Source: Trichoplax adhaerens | Lineage: Eukaryota; Animalia; Placozoa | DNA length: 64,000 nt | Assembly: GCF_000150275.1 (NCBI RefSeq) | Contig: NW_002060948.1 | Location: 4,882,336 to 4,946,335, forward strand | Direction of reading: 5' to 3' | Shown here: in pieces, positions 42,215-54,911 of the stretch | How the letters are laid out: every line of letters starts with the position of its first letter | Numbering within the stretch: the stretch's first letter is position 1 | Translations under genes and position numbers: made by a program | Notes under the pieces: model-generated | Databases searched by the model: none | What the model saw: the letters and a program-made list of their open reading frames with translations, nothing else | What the model was told of the DNA's origin: nothing

Positions 42215-44180
42215 ACTACAGTACTGTACAATGTACATTGTGCGGTCTATTTTGCGCTTGAATATTGACAAGGAAGATAAAGATTGAAACTTGAACTGTA
42301 CAGTGTACAGTACAGTACAGTACTGTACTGTCGAGTTTTCAACTGTATCTTCTTGAGTCCATTGTCCGCTACGCCATACAGTACTGTACTATTGCCTTAT
42401 ACTGTACAGTACAGTGCACGGTCCTGTACAGTACACTGTACGGTGCAGTATTGAGCAGGGACCTCTACAGTACGAAGTGTACAGTACAGTCCAGTCCTAT
42501 GGACTGGAAGTATAGTACTGTAGGAAGACTTCCCTGACACTTTGTACTGGACTCCACAGTGTACAGTATCTGCCTACAGTACTTTTCAGCGTCATTGGAC
42601 TGTACTGTACACTATACTGTACAGTACTGTACTGCGCTAGAGTTATTCGATTGCAGCGAATTCACTTTCTGTTATACAAACTTGTAATGATAATGCGTTA
42701 CAAGTGTGAACGGCGTATAGAAGCCGCCGCAAATCCATACAAGAATTGCTGATTGAGAGCAGTACCAACCTTCAATTCGGTGGATAGTATCAACTCTAGA
42801 CAGCAATACACAACAGTACCGTACTGTACTGTACTGTACAGCGTGTATGGAAAGTTTTTGGAGATTTAAATGAGTATTTCTATGAAACTGGGTGCTTCTA
42901 TTTCGATTATTCAACAATACCTGAACGAGCACCAACAAAAATGGTCGATTCGTAAAAGTTACAGGAAAATTAGACCTACAAATACTACAATACTAAAGTT
43001 ATGGGCTACAGAAGTTTTGATAAGAGTGTGTAGGTGTTCTATTGTCTTTTCTTTGTATTTTAGCCGACTACATGAAACCTGTACACTAGTGTACAGTGGA
43101 AGTACACTATGATGTCAGCCATCATTGCATGATGACCATCACCGTCAGAGCGATAGAAGAAGCTTTACGCGTATCTCTGCCGTCACCATGATGGTACAGA
43201 ACGACAGGACTAGAAAGAAAACGAGCAGTCCGTGATAGAGCAAGCCAGTCGTTTGTTTTTGTTTGCTGTTGCTAGCATAAATCATTCACAGGTTTCACGC
43301 AATGCTGAAGCCGCTCTATGTACAGTACAATGTATATATACGTGACATAGATACAATTTGCTATTAACCAACTAATAGTCCATGCTATACACGACAGTGT
43401 ACATCCTGTAGTTGAATTCAATTGGATCAATCCATGAATGGTCCCGGTAGGGAGTCAACACCACATAGTAGAGTACACGAAGGATCAGTATCGTCGTAAT
43501 GGAGTCCATGCAGGATACAGACAGTACTACCTAATAAGTCATGATCAAGTACTAACTATAAAGAATACCTTAGTTGATGATTGTGAAGGAATCTATAGTA
43601 CAGGCTATCAAGTTCATTTGACCGAAAACAGCGCAACCCGAAAAAACCCGATCAAAGGGTTGATTTTCTAACCCGAAATGACGACAATGCCTACTACAAA
43701 TACACTGTAATACGACATCAATTCTGAACCCGAATCCCTCCCTCGAATCGGGTTCAAGGAGGGATTTCGTGCTGACTTTGATTGACTTCAAGACCCTGGT
43801 ACAGTGTACAGTACTGTACCAGAGTCTGTACTCTTGTGAAGATATTGTACTGTACAGTACAGTACTGTATGACTTTCGACCGTGTTAGGGTTTTTACTGT
43901 AGCCTGTACGGTCCAGCAGACTGCGTTCCGAAGCTTCATTGGATCTGATCGATGACCTTTCTAGCCAAGTACAGTGTACCACACAGAACAGTACAGTACA
44001 GTACATCGGATTCTATTGGGTTCCGCTATTTTGGGTCCAATGCACTTGATCATCTGTAAGCCATGTACTGTACACTGTAGAATACCGTACAGTGTACTGT
44101 AAGTATCTACTGTACAGTACAGTACTGTACTGTACTGTAGTCCAAGACTCCACGGTCGTACCGTACAGTACTGTAGAATG
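42215..44180. repeat. Clusters of (GTACA)n/(GTACT)n pentamer microsatellite-like palindromic arrays between the divergent GLCE and PH-adaptor genes
   Basis: Dense runs at about 42295-42331, 42377-42490, 42599-42633, 42813-42841, 43799-43869, 43967-44004 and 44063-44176. Perfect palindromes at 42312-42331 (20 bp) and 44112-44135 (24 bp). Confidence 0.85.
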
Positions 44181-45354
44181 ACAACGACTACAGTAGACTA
44201 GGGTGAACAAACACACACTCAGTGTACAAAAACACTCATCTGCGCAGCATATTATCTGTACAAATATTAGGGCTAGGGTTAGCGTTGTGTATTACGGTCC
44301 GGTACGGTATTATGCTACAGTTCTGTACCGGTACCAACACCAGTCATGATCACAATCCAGCAAGAGTACATGTCTAGAAAAAGACACTCTGCCCATGGCA
44401 AGGTATGGTACTGCGCGATACGCCTGCCTATGAGTCCATTTAGCGCAGTAATCAAGGTTGACACCATCAGAAGCTTCACCCCTTTAGCTACAGATGCAAC
44501 AAAGCGTCGACATCTTGTGATCCGGTGACATCCCAAGCGGTCGTCAAGTCAACGTGATGATTCTTCCTTGCCAATTTCAATCAGTCTAAGCTGCAATCGA
44601 AATCTTAATGGAAGGTTTGTTGCCATTTATTGGCATTCTTCGATGCCTTTCTACAGCTTTAACTTGTTCGATATTCAATCCATTGAATAATCAATCAAAG
44701 TAGATGGGTATTACAGGCCATGTTTCCCCCTCCAGTCGACAGTTGTTGTTATCACCCCCAAACTAGTCATCGTCATGCCTAGGTGATTAAACCTTACTTT
44801 ACAGCTTCTTTGCACGTAGACTTCTTGTATCATCTAGACCCAATCAGCTTTAATGCAGTCAGCATACAACCATTTTATTACACCACTAGGATAGACTTAT
44901 GATGGTAGTCATGGTAAGCAAGGACAATCTGCACAAGAGTGAAAAGGGAAAACAATACTTTACAGTACAGTATATTGATTTAATGGAGAAGCAATATTGT
45001 TGAAAGCCGGTCAACCTGGTTGCAAGCTATACAATCTTGTTTGAATCAAATTACCAAATGAGGATTCTCTCCATCAACAACGATATCCAATCGACAATCA
45101 GCTTAGTTCACTCTTGTAGACTACATCCTCTCTACCTTTTTGTACCCTATCAACGATTTAAAGTTGCTGATCAATTCGTATGTGTATTGTTGATGATTTT
45201 TTTTTTTTCTTTTTTCTCTTTCCAATGCCATTTGGATCTATCTGCTGTACTACCATGAAATTGCCTTCATGAATTGGCCATTCTCATTATCGTTCTTGTT
45301 TTGTTACCATCCAATTGCGATATTCTGACCGTCGCCCGCACACATGCAACTTAG

Positions 45355-48300
45355 ATGCCAATATAGTTCGTACCATTTCTCGTATTATTCAATATTTCGA
45401 CGAGATTTTAATCAATGAAAAATTATCAGCAAGAGCTGAACAACTTCGACTTGACTTATTACGATTAGCAACTGATTTACAACAAGTTGCACAAGCCAGT
45501 GAATTATCACGCAGTTCAAGATGGAATAGTACTCGTGGTCGATGGTCTGCCGCTGGCCAAAAAGATGCTCAAGATTTTGTATCTGTTCAACGTCAGATTG
45601 CACGAGGTGAAGTCGCTCGTCAACATGCTCACTATAAGACGATGCCGTGTAGGATACGCAAGCCTCGTCCCCAACTCTTTCAATCATGGTTAAAAGGAGA
45701 TCAAGTCGAGGTCAGTTTCATCATACTGCTGTAATATTGCTTCAAAATGATTGCACTACAAGTAGATAGTAAAAAACTTCAAATTACAACCCCCAACGTA
45801 GCTTTAGCTTCTGTTCATACGATCTACTCGGATCCAAATCAAACCTTGTCTTGTAAACACAACAAGGAAAGACCACTTAAAATACAGTATATACGCGTAT
45901 AGGACATGAGTAAAAATCTTGTATATCATCCATTTCTACAATTGATAGACCACCTAATCAATGTTGGATATCAATGTAATTACTATTCATTGGCCTAATT
46001 GTAGACCACAACGATCATTTCCTACTCCATTTTACATTTGTCCTATGATTATAACTGTCAATGTCACGAACAAACAGTTCAATTGAGTTGATGCAAGGGA
46101 CAATGGAATGATTTACTGATTCATGTTTATCTCCTGTCTAATTTAGAGTACTATAAATGGCTTATGAAAATGAGTTTATTTTCCACCATCAATCATTTAC
46201 ATAGACTCGACTATGTAAAACAAAGTGTACTACATTTCCTAGTTATGAAAGAAAATACCGCGCGCATGTTTAGCAAAACAGATTGTATTTATGTTACCCC
46301 AATCAACGTCATATTTATCCTTGACAACACTCCGTTGATGATGATTAATGTCAATATTCCTTACCTTATGAATTGCAAACGAAACATCAATCAACAAAAT
46401 TGCCAGCTCGCTAGACTCGACACTTGTACTGTATACAGTGCTCATAACAACCTTCATGAAAGTTCTACTACAATAATTATATTATTATTATTATTTTAAA
46501 GTACAATTAAAACGATCATACCCAACACTATCCCATCATCATTAATGTATTCTATCCTAGGACGACTTGAATTGTTAATTAAAACTGGACATTGCCAACA
46601 TACAGTACAGTAGTATCCTAATCGCCAATGATGATCTACTCGCGGTTGCACTTTGACCTTATAAACAAAGTCAATTTATTCCATCTTGTAAGTTGGATTG
46701 TTTGATTTCTGCCACACTGGCGTCAAAGTCTCAATCCTCCCTACAGGGTTTCTATATTTGGTCTTAGTTAATGTTATATGAACTACACTTTATACAGCAT
46801 ACCATGAATAAGGATCGCCTTATCAGTGTTCCATTTTGAGGAGGACGATTAAATCAAAATGACCGTCACCAAGTAGTGCTTTCACCTAAGAATGATGCAT
46901 GCTTAGGTTGCTGCACTGTATAAGATCGCAATTAGCGTATACCGTAGTTCGTAGACTCTTCAAAACTATAGACATCAGCGTATGACTATTAACCGTAACA
47001 ATTATTGGACTAATAAAGAAAGATACATGCTTAAAAAGTGGCTATATTATAGAAGATCGCATGTGTGCGTATACTGTAGTTCATAGATTCTTAAAACTAG
47101 ACATTAGCGTATGAGTATTAACCCCCAAAGGTTATCTATCTCAGCAAAGCAATATTAAATGAATATACATCAATTCTTCGATTAAATCAAAATGACCGTC
47201 ACCAAGTAGTGCTTTCACCCAAGAATGATGCATGCTTAGGTTGCTGCAGTGTATAAGACCGCAATTAGCCTATACCGTAGTTCGTAGACTCTTCAAAACT
47301 ATAGACATCAGCGTATGACTATTAATCGTTCAAAAATTATTGGACTAATAAAGAAAGATACATGCTTAAAAGGTGGCTGTATTATAGATGATCGCATGTG
47401 TGCGCATACAATAGTTCACAGATTCTTAAAACTAGACATTAGCGTATGAGTATTAACCCCCAAAGGTTATCTATCTCAGCAAAGCAATATTAAATGAATG
47501 TACATCAATTCTTCTCGTCTAGGAGCAAGAAGATGATTCTGTCTTTGATCAACATGATTCAAATCAAGATCAATCAGCGATAGCAGCAAATCCCGAAGAA
47601 AATGAAAAACTAAATGAGGAACGATATCTTGAAGTAGTTGAGTCAGATTCGGAAAAAAATGGAACAAATAGCCCAAAGCCACAAACAAATACGCAGGAAT
47701 CGATCCAATTTAAGCAAGTAAATGATGTTGTTGCTATCAACATAGACGATGTTGTCCGTGTGGCCACATTTATAGGTCAAATATGTGAATATCGTGTCGA
47801 CGGAATAAAGGAAAATAAATTGCGTTGGTGTGTCATTACCAAAGAAATGGACTTGTATCTATACGATACATTCAATCAACCTTATGTTAAAAAAATGAAG
47901 TTACCTGGTTATAAGCTTCATTTAATTAGCCAATATATGGGATCTTATCAACACTTTATCATCAAATTAAATCATCAGGATAGAGTCCCAAAGACAATCA
48001 GCTTTGTTATGGATAGTAAGCCAGAAGTCGTAAAATGGCTGAACTTATTTTGTCTTGCCACCCATCCTGAAAAACTGTGTAAGCTCTACCAAATAATATC
48101 GACTACTTTAATAGTAGTATCAATCAGCCAAGCATTAGTCTTAACCCCAAATATCATCTTATATTCAACTCGTGTATAAGTGTATTTAATATTTGAAATT
48201 ACTAGCCATAGTTTGAAAAATTTTGATGCTATCATCATTTCAGTGTCTGTGGATCTGGTTGACGACGAAAATCCACCATCAAAATTCCAATTACTGCAAC

Positions 48301-51300
48301 GACAAAAGCGCAATCATCATGCAACCGTTAGAAAACGCAACGTAGCAATAGCTAGCGGAGTTAAACAACCTAGAGCAAAATCAGTCGAGTCAAGTTATGA
48401 CGATGATACATACGTGTATGACGATATATTTGCTCAGTTGAGAAAATTAAGAATGGTAGGTACAGTAGTGTCATTACTTAAAAATAATTGCACTACATCA
48501 ATGACGCATACTTCTAATAACTTTCATCTATGTTACCTATTACAGTCAATATTTCATAGCAGTTTGCCAATCAATCAAGATTTTGAAAATATGCTAACTC
48601 AAATATCTGAACAAGAACAAATCAGAGTTGACGAAGAGAAATCGAAAGCTATGAGGCCTCGCAGTGAGCGTACATCTCAAGATCCAATCAACACGACTCT
48701 ACGAACGACAATTGAAAATGGGGGTACTGTTCGATCGAAATCAGCTAATAGCCTTCGCTTGCCGAAACCAATCGATAGAACGATGTCAAATACAACTTCC
48801 GTTTCGACAACAGACGATTACTATGATCGTTCCGATAATATCAGCCGATACGAGATTAGCAGCGGTGCATCATCAGATGTGTACTTGCAGCCAAAATTAA
48901 AGCCAGCCCTTATCTATGAAGATGATAAATATGAGGTCCCTGTTCTATCAGAACTTGGTGCCACTGACACTAGTGTTAGGAAGGAAATGCCAATTCTTCC
49001 TAAACTTCGGAAGCCACCTTCTCCGCCCTCCTTCCGCCCGCGCAATAGAATACGACGGTTTATTAGCGATAGTTTCTCCGATAAATTCGATACTAGAGAT
49101 CGAAATACAGAAGTAAGCTGTAGTATCCATTCATAACTTATTATAGATAAATAGCACGTGCATATTATACAACTAATTAACTTAGCTTGCAGATCAGTTT
49201 ACTACTGCAGCGCTAATGCAATGTATCATATTTCGCATTATTTCAATAGCGCTTTGAAAAATTAGCCAAGAAAAGTTTAGTTAGTGGTTACCTGTTACGC
49301 AGTGGAGGAGCAAATATTCAACGCAAACGTTGGTGCATCCTCACGAAGGATAGACTTTATTTCTTTGTCAAAGAAAGGGATTACTTGCCGCGTTCTATAA
49401 TGAAACTGAAAGACTGTCATTTAGATGAATCACAGTTGGCTGAGAAGGCTATTATTACGTTGATCTTTCGAAAATCGAAGCGTATTAAATTAACATGTAC
49501 TAATCTGAATGAATATAATACGTGGCTTTCCGCTCTAAAATCTGCTTTAGAAGAATTTCGTGCCACGAGCTCAGATTCTGAAAGTAACGGGGTTAGTATA
49601 AGTTGAAAGATCTTCAAAAATAGGATGATGATATTCTTTCAACCTCTTTCTACTATCTGAGTACCTTATGCCGATTTATCATCATTTTTTCCTCTTTCAC
49701 TCAGTCTAAGACGCCGAAGATAGTTAATGATACCTCCGATACCTCCGATAGCGACAACACTGATGTTGAAGATTCCCACGCTACTACCACATCTTCTGAC
49801 AACACGATCAATGTCAGTCGAAGTATTACTTCTGTATCAACCAGTAAGTTGATAGTTAAATGATATCAAGTACATAATACGCTATTGTTCGATAGCTCTA
49901 AAGAGCTGATGCGAATTGTAAATATTTCTAATGGAAGGGTAATTTTTTGTACCAGAATCAGGAATTGTAATCGTAGATAGTGATCCAAGTAGTGGAGGTA
50001 GTGTATTAAGTTTCAACTATCAGCAACCATCCTTCTTCAGAAACGCCTTCCAAGGAAAATTAGATCGTTGTATCTTTGAAAATAATAAATATGTTTGGCA
50101 AAACCGTTGGTGTGAGATCAACAGGAGTATACTATACTGCTATGTTCGTGAACGGGATAGTATTGCTTGTGAGTTTCAGGTATCACTATATCAGTGTCGT
50201 GTTGAACCTGTTAACCTAGCGGATAAAGGTCGTCCATATGCTTTCAAACTGATTTCGTCTGATAACCAAGAACTTGCTACCTTTGCTCATGACAATCGAG
50301 AAGCGCTACAATCCGTTATAAGACTAATTAGGCACGCTGCTGAGGTAAACCTGTGCATCTACTTTTCGTATCATACATTTTAAAGACACCAAACTGATAC
50401 AATGACGTAAGCGAATTCTTGCAATAAAATAACTTTGTTATTTTAAATTTTATTTTAATAGATGTCAAGTCCAGTCGATATAAATGAATATGCAAAAGCT
50501 GATAGCGATTTGGAAAGGAATGCCAAAACTACTAGTGCTAAAACGAAAAATGTCAAAAAACCTAAGCTACCGATGGCTCTATTTCAACAACGACCTTTAC
50601 CGCCACCAGCTAGTAACCTAGGCAGAAGTAAATCATCACAAGACATTTCTAGCGAAGACGGTTAGCCTACATTGGGAATAAAACGATACTTATAAATTTT
50701 AGTAGACTGTGGTTAAATTTGAAAACTGTTAGCTTTAAATAGGAAACACTTCCCGTAATAGCCATTGAAAGGATATTTATCCTTTTTTTTACGTAACAGG
50801 CTTTTACGAAAGGAATTTACAAACTGCCCAAGGTTCAATTGACACTGAAGTCGTATACCATACACCAACAAGTGCTACATCTAAAGGATTTAGCGAAGAA
50901 ATATACGAAGATATCGATAAAGCCAAAAACGTTATCTTAGATATGTATGAAGAGGCCAGTATAGCCACAAGCGGAGTATCTACAATTAATAAGGATAAAA
51001 ACATTGAGGATTTATACGAGAAAGTGGACGATTTGAGAGAGGTAAGATGACTTTATTTTTGCTCTGGAAGCACTATTGACTTTGCTTTCATTTTATTGCT
51101 TACTTTAATATTTCAACAGAGATTACGAAAGAAATCAGTCCAGGTGAAGCCAATTACCGAGACTAGCTCTAGTTCGAATGCTTCAAAGTCTGTAACACCC
51201 CGACATCAGTCTTCTGACTCAGCCAAAAATATTCCTACTGATTCTGATAGTGATATCGGTGCTACTTCACCCCTGTTTAACTCGGCCAATTATGCCTCAC

Positions 51301-52480
51301 TGAATAAGTTAAAAAACATGAATAGAACTGATTCCGGTAGTAGTAGTCAAAAAAGCTTAGAGGCACCATTTCCAAGTAGAACCAGAAGTTCATTTTCAGA
51401 TGGAGAAATGACAGTTATAGAAGGGGAACTAAATTTACCAAAGCAGTCAACAATGAATTTGACCTTTAAGAAACGCTGGTGTGTAGTTAAAGCATCAGAT
51501 AGTCGTAGCAGGTATAATTTTGCCCTACATACAATATACTCATATTCCAAGGCTTACTGACTGATTGTTTAGTTCATTTTTTACTATTACTAACCGATTA
51601 TATTTATATCATCAACTACGATATAGATTACTCATCTTTCGACGCAAAGGCGATCGCAAACCTACTGATGAATACATTTTATCCAAATTGCAATTATTGG
51701 TTGACAGTAAACTTCCAAACGAATTTAAGCTGAAGTATATCAGTGGAGAAAATGCCGGCAGCTCTCTTCATTTTCAGGCATTTGGTAGAGAAGAAGCGGC
51801 TGCTTGGGCTGAAAAATTACTTAAGCATACCATTATTGCAACGCAATCAGATGCCTCTATAGTAGCCAGTTTCATTGCAGAAAATTCCGCTAATTCAGGC
51901 GTTAATACTCCTACTAATTTTTCTAGAACTAGGAGTAAACGGTTCTTTACAGGTAAATACGACTGAAAAATGATCGTTATTGCTATATTTTATATTTTGT
52001 ACAATATACTAAAGTGTCATTTAATTTTTGTGATTACTAGCTATCTTTGACAATAAAGGAAGATCGAGTAGCTTTACTGACGTACATTCAGAAAAAAAAA
52101 TGGGTAAGGCGATCCAGAAACGGTTAACAGCGACTATTGAAAGGGATGAAAAGGTATCAATGTCAATAAATCAGCTGATGCAACGAGAATCGCAATTGCA
52201 AGCTCAGGTTGAAAAAATTACTTCTGATCTAAAGCGAACTAAATTGGACTTACGTAATGCCCAAGATACTCAAGTTAAAGCATCTTCTACCGAGGCTAAA
52301 CTTGCTAGTAAGACATGCGAAAAATTATTTAAGAAGATGCAATCACTTGAACAGTCGTTGGAGAAAACCATACAAGATTTAAATAAGACGCAAAGTGACA
52401 TCAAGCGTCTACAATCTAGACGCAGCTTTGGTGACATGCAGATATCACAGAGTTCGCCGAAAACGAAACCTCGAAAGTAG
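45355..52480 (+). CDS. Multi-PH-domain adaptor/scaffold (AFAP1/SKAP-like): N-terminal helical segment, 4 PH domains, Tyr and PxxP docking motifs, C-terminal coiled coil; at least about 1385 aa, start codon unresolved
   Basis: Phase-consistent exons: 45355-45710, 47523-48078, 48244-48455, 48546-49112, 49250-49591, 49705-49843, 49956-50344, 50462-50660, 50800-51041, 51120-51511, 51627-51952, 52041-52480. PH signatures: 'LRWCVITKEMDLYLY...VVKWLNLF', 'SGYLLRSGGANIQRKRWCILTKDRLYFF...YNTWLSAL', 'FQGKLDR...WQNRWCEINRSILYCY...RPYAFKL', 'IEGELNL...FKKRWCVV...LLIFR...AAAWAEKL'. The last exon is a heptad-rich coiled coil. The first identified exon starts in phase 1 after ttag at 45351-45354, and I did not securely find the upstream ATG exon. 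Confidence 0.8.
46846..47513. repeat. Tandem duplication, 2 x about 333 bp, intronic in the PH-adaptor gene
   Basis: Copy 1 is 46846-47178 and copy 2 is 47179-47513. Both start cgattaaatcaaaatgaccgtcaccaag and end catcaattctt, about 95% identical by eye. Confidence 0.95.
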
Positions 52481-54911
52481 AACTTGTTATTGGTCGACGA
52501 TATCATAAGATGAATGTCAGATGTAGTTTTACTTAACTCAAGTCTTGTATGAACTACAATTGATATCTTATTTTACTTTTATCTATTCATATGTGTATCT
52601 CTGCTGCAGCATAGTTCTATGATATCAACGACACTGAATCAGAATAATTTATTATCTACAGGTGTTATGCCAACTATTGCTGCTATACTTCTATCTTTAG
52701 TTATTTTCACATTTATCGTTCAAGATTTTTATTAGTAATGCGGTGTCTGATCAAAAAGTAAATAGGTTGATATGCATTTATATACACTCATATACATAAT
52801 ACATATATATATATATATGCCATGATAACATCTTTTATTTGATTATTACCATAGCGTTCGATGTTGTAGTAGTAGGCTAAGTCATATCTGTTTTAAATGC
52901 GGACTTTACACCGTGATAATTTGTCAACGGAAAAATATATACATACGCGCATATCATTATTAGAGAGTAATCTTCAGCTTATTTAACCTTTAAGGTTCAG
53001 TGACAGCTTATCAAGTCGGCATGATTATTTTAAGTAAAGCATCAGTTTATTAGACAGCATTGTAGTTATAAACTACATTATTATACACATATTCTTAGGC
53101 TGTATTCGTTTTTATTATGTTGGGATCGTTCGTAGAGTTGTAGCCGACTAAACAAATCTATGAACTAAATCTTAATTGATTTAATGCACAGACTTATCAT
53201 TATTTATTCTCGGCTTTCATTTATAATAGAATTTAAAGCAAGCCTATACGTATCTAAAATCGAAATGATGTAGATATAGTATCCATTGGATCAATATAAG
53301 ATGTATCTCATGCTAAAATGTATCGTCTATCATAAATTAGTTTTTATACGGTAATATTTACTTGGTGTTGACACTAATGGTCTGGATATAATGCATATTT
53401 TTATTAATGCGAGATAATGATGGCTAATGATCAGATTTTCTCCTGAAAGTTTTAACTATAAGATGTTAACAGTTCTTGAAAATTATAAGCTTTGCTTAAA
53501 GCATATTGTGCAATTTACTTCATATTATGCCTAGGTTTTAAATTTATATCTTGGCATATTATATCCAAGATTCTAGCAAACACATCGTGTATGTATTCAG
53601 TATCGATGGAATGAATATGTAAATATTCAGTCATGTCGTGTGCGTAAATTTTTTCAGTTATTATAATTAACGGTGCAAGATTAACTATTTAACGATATTG
53701 TGGTCTGTTTTTGTAAAAACTGCCATTTTACACTAGAAGGAGGGAAGTGATGTGTTAAAACTTGTACAATGCGGTGAACTTTTAACTTGGGTTATAAATG
53801 GAATGGTCGATCATGTTTTAAAGTGTGAGCTTGTTATTATTGAAGTATTTTTTAACACGCTATCTTACTCTGTTTAGTAATAAAAATAACAATAAATAGC
53901 CATGTTTCTTGTGGAAAATAAAACTCAGCTTATGTATAACCCTTTTCTCTTATTGATATTCAACAGTCAAATTCAGAAATTATAAACAGTAGGTATTCAA
54001 TCCCAAATTATCACATTATATGACATCTACAACTATAGGAGATCGCAAAGTGTCTACGTTGCAAAAGCTACTTAAAATTGCTACAGATTTTGAGAAGCTA
54101 TGATATGAGGATGGAGCGTCCAACAAAAATATTTCTCCTAATCTACTGTTATATTATTCTGAATAGTAACCCTGTTGTAAAGGAATTAACAAGAGTCATA
54201 ATATATCATCGTATATAAGTGTCTAACCTTTTCTAAATCTGATTTCTCATTAAGCCAAGTTAAAGTTAATGTATGGCTAAATTTCGAAGATTATTTAAGT
54301 TGAAAGGTATTTCTTAAGATTACCACTAGCAACACATTTTTTAGAAATGTCACAATTTAAGAGGCTTCTGAATTGTGTATGCGTCAGTTCTAAAAATAAA
54401 ATTTACTCACATAAATGCAGCAGTAAATATTGAAATTCCGTTGAATCAACCTGATGAAACTGCAATACATATTGATTGGTAATACAAATCAGCCTACTCG
54501 TCCTTTTTGATTTATGCGTAGATCTTATCACTTGAATAAATAGTCAACGGTGTGAGATAAAGTAATAACAAAAACAGATCAAGACAAGTTTAAAAAACAC
54601 CATCGATTTGTAGAAGCAACAATTAAACATGAAATAAATGATAAACAATTCATTTAATTTGATTTAACACTTCAGCGCTTCATCCTGTCATCATTACACT
54701 TTCAAAACAAAATTGTCTCAGTTACAAACCTCGTCACTGCGTAAATAGTCTTCAAGTTAGGATGGTCTAACACCTTATTTATTCGATCCTTTTTACGCAA
54801 GAGATGATTATGAATGAGTCAAGATTTTCTTACAACGCTAAGCCATCACTTAACCTGCATCCCCTATCTAATATACAGTGTCTATATCCGGATTTTCAAT
54901 TATAAAAAATC

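Noticed and set aside
42295-44180. CRISPR-like repeat array
   Set aside because: Eukaryotic context, 5-bp units with no constant repeat-spacer period, and no cas genes.
41788-44536. Numerous 60-130 aa ORFs rich in YSTV/QYC words
   Set aside because: These are translations of the GTAC pentamer arrays and of the assembly gap, not proteins.
44895-44913. Candidate first or micro-exon of the PH adaptor (donor gtaagc at 44914)
   Set aside because: The ATG-initiated frame is phase 0 and would hit a stop after the 45355 acceptor, and the phase-1 frame has no ATG. Left unresolved.
52667-52734. Signal-peptide-like micro-ORF MPTIAAILLSLVIFTFIVQDFY as first exon of the LDLa gene
   Set aside because: A better in-frame ATG and signal peptide exist at 54912, contiguous with the linker exon. 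This one lies under 200 nt after the PH-gene stop, and hydrophobic peptides arise by chance in AT-rich DNA.
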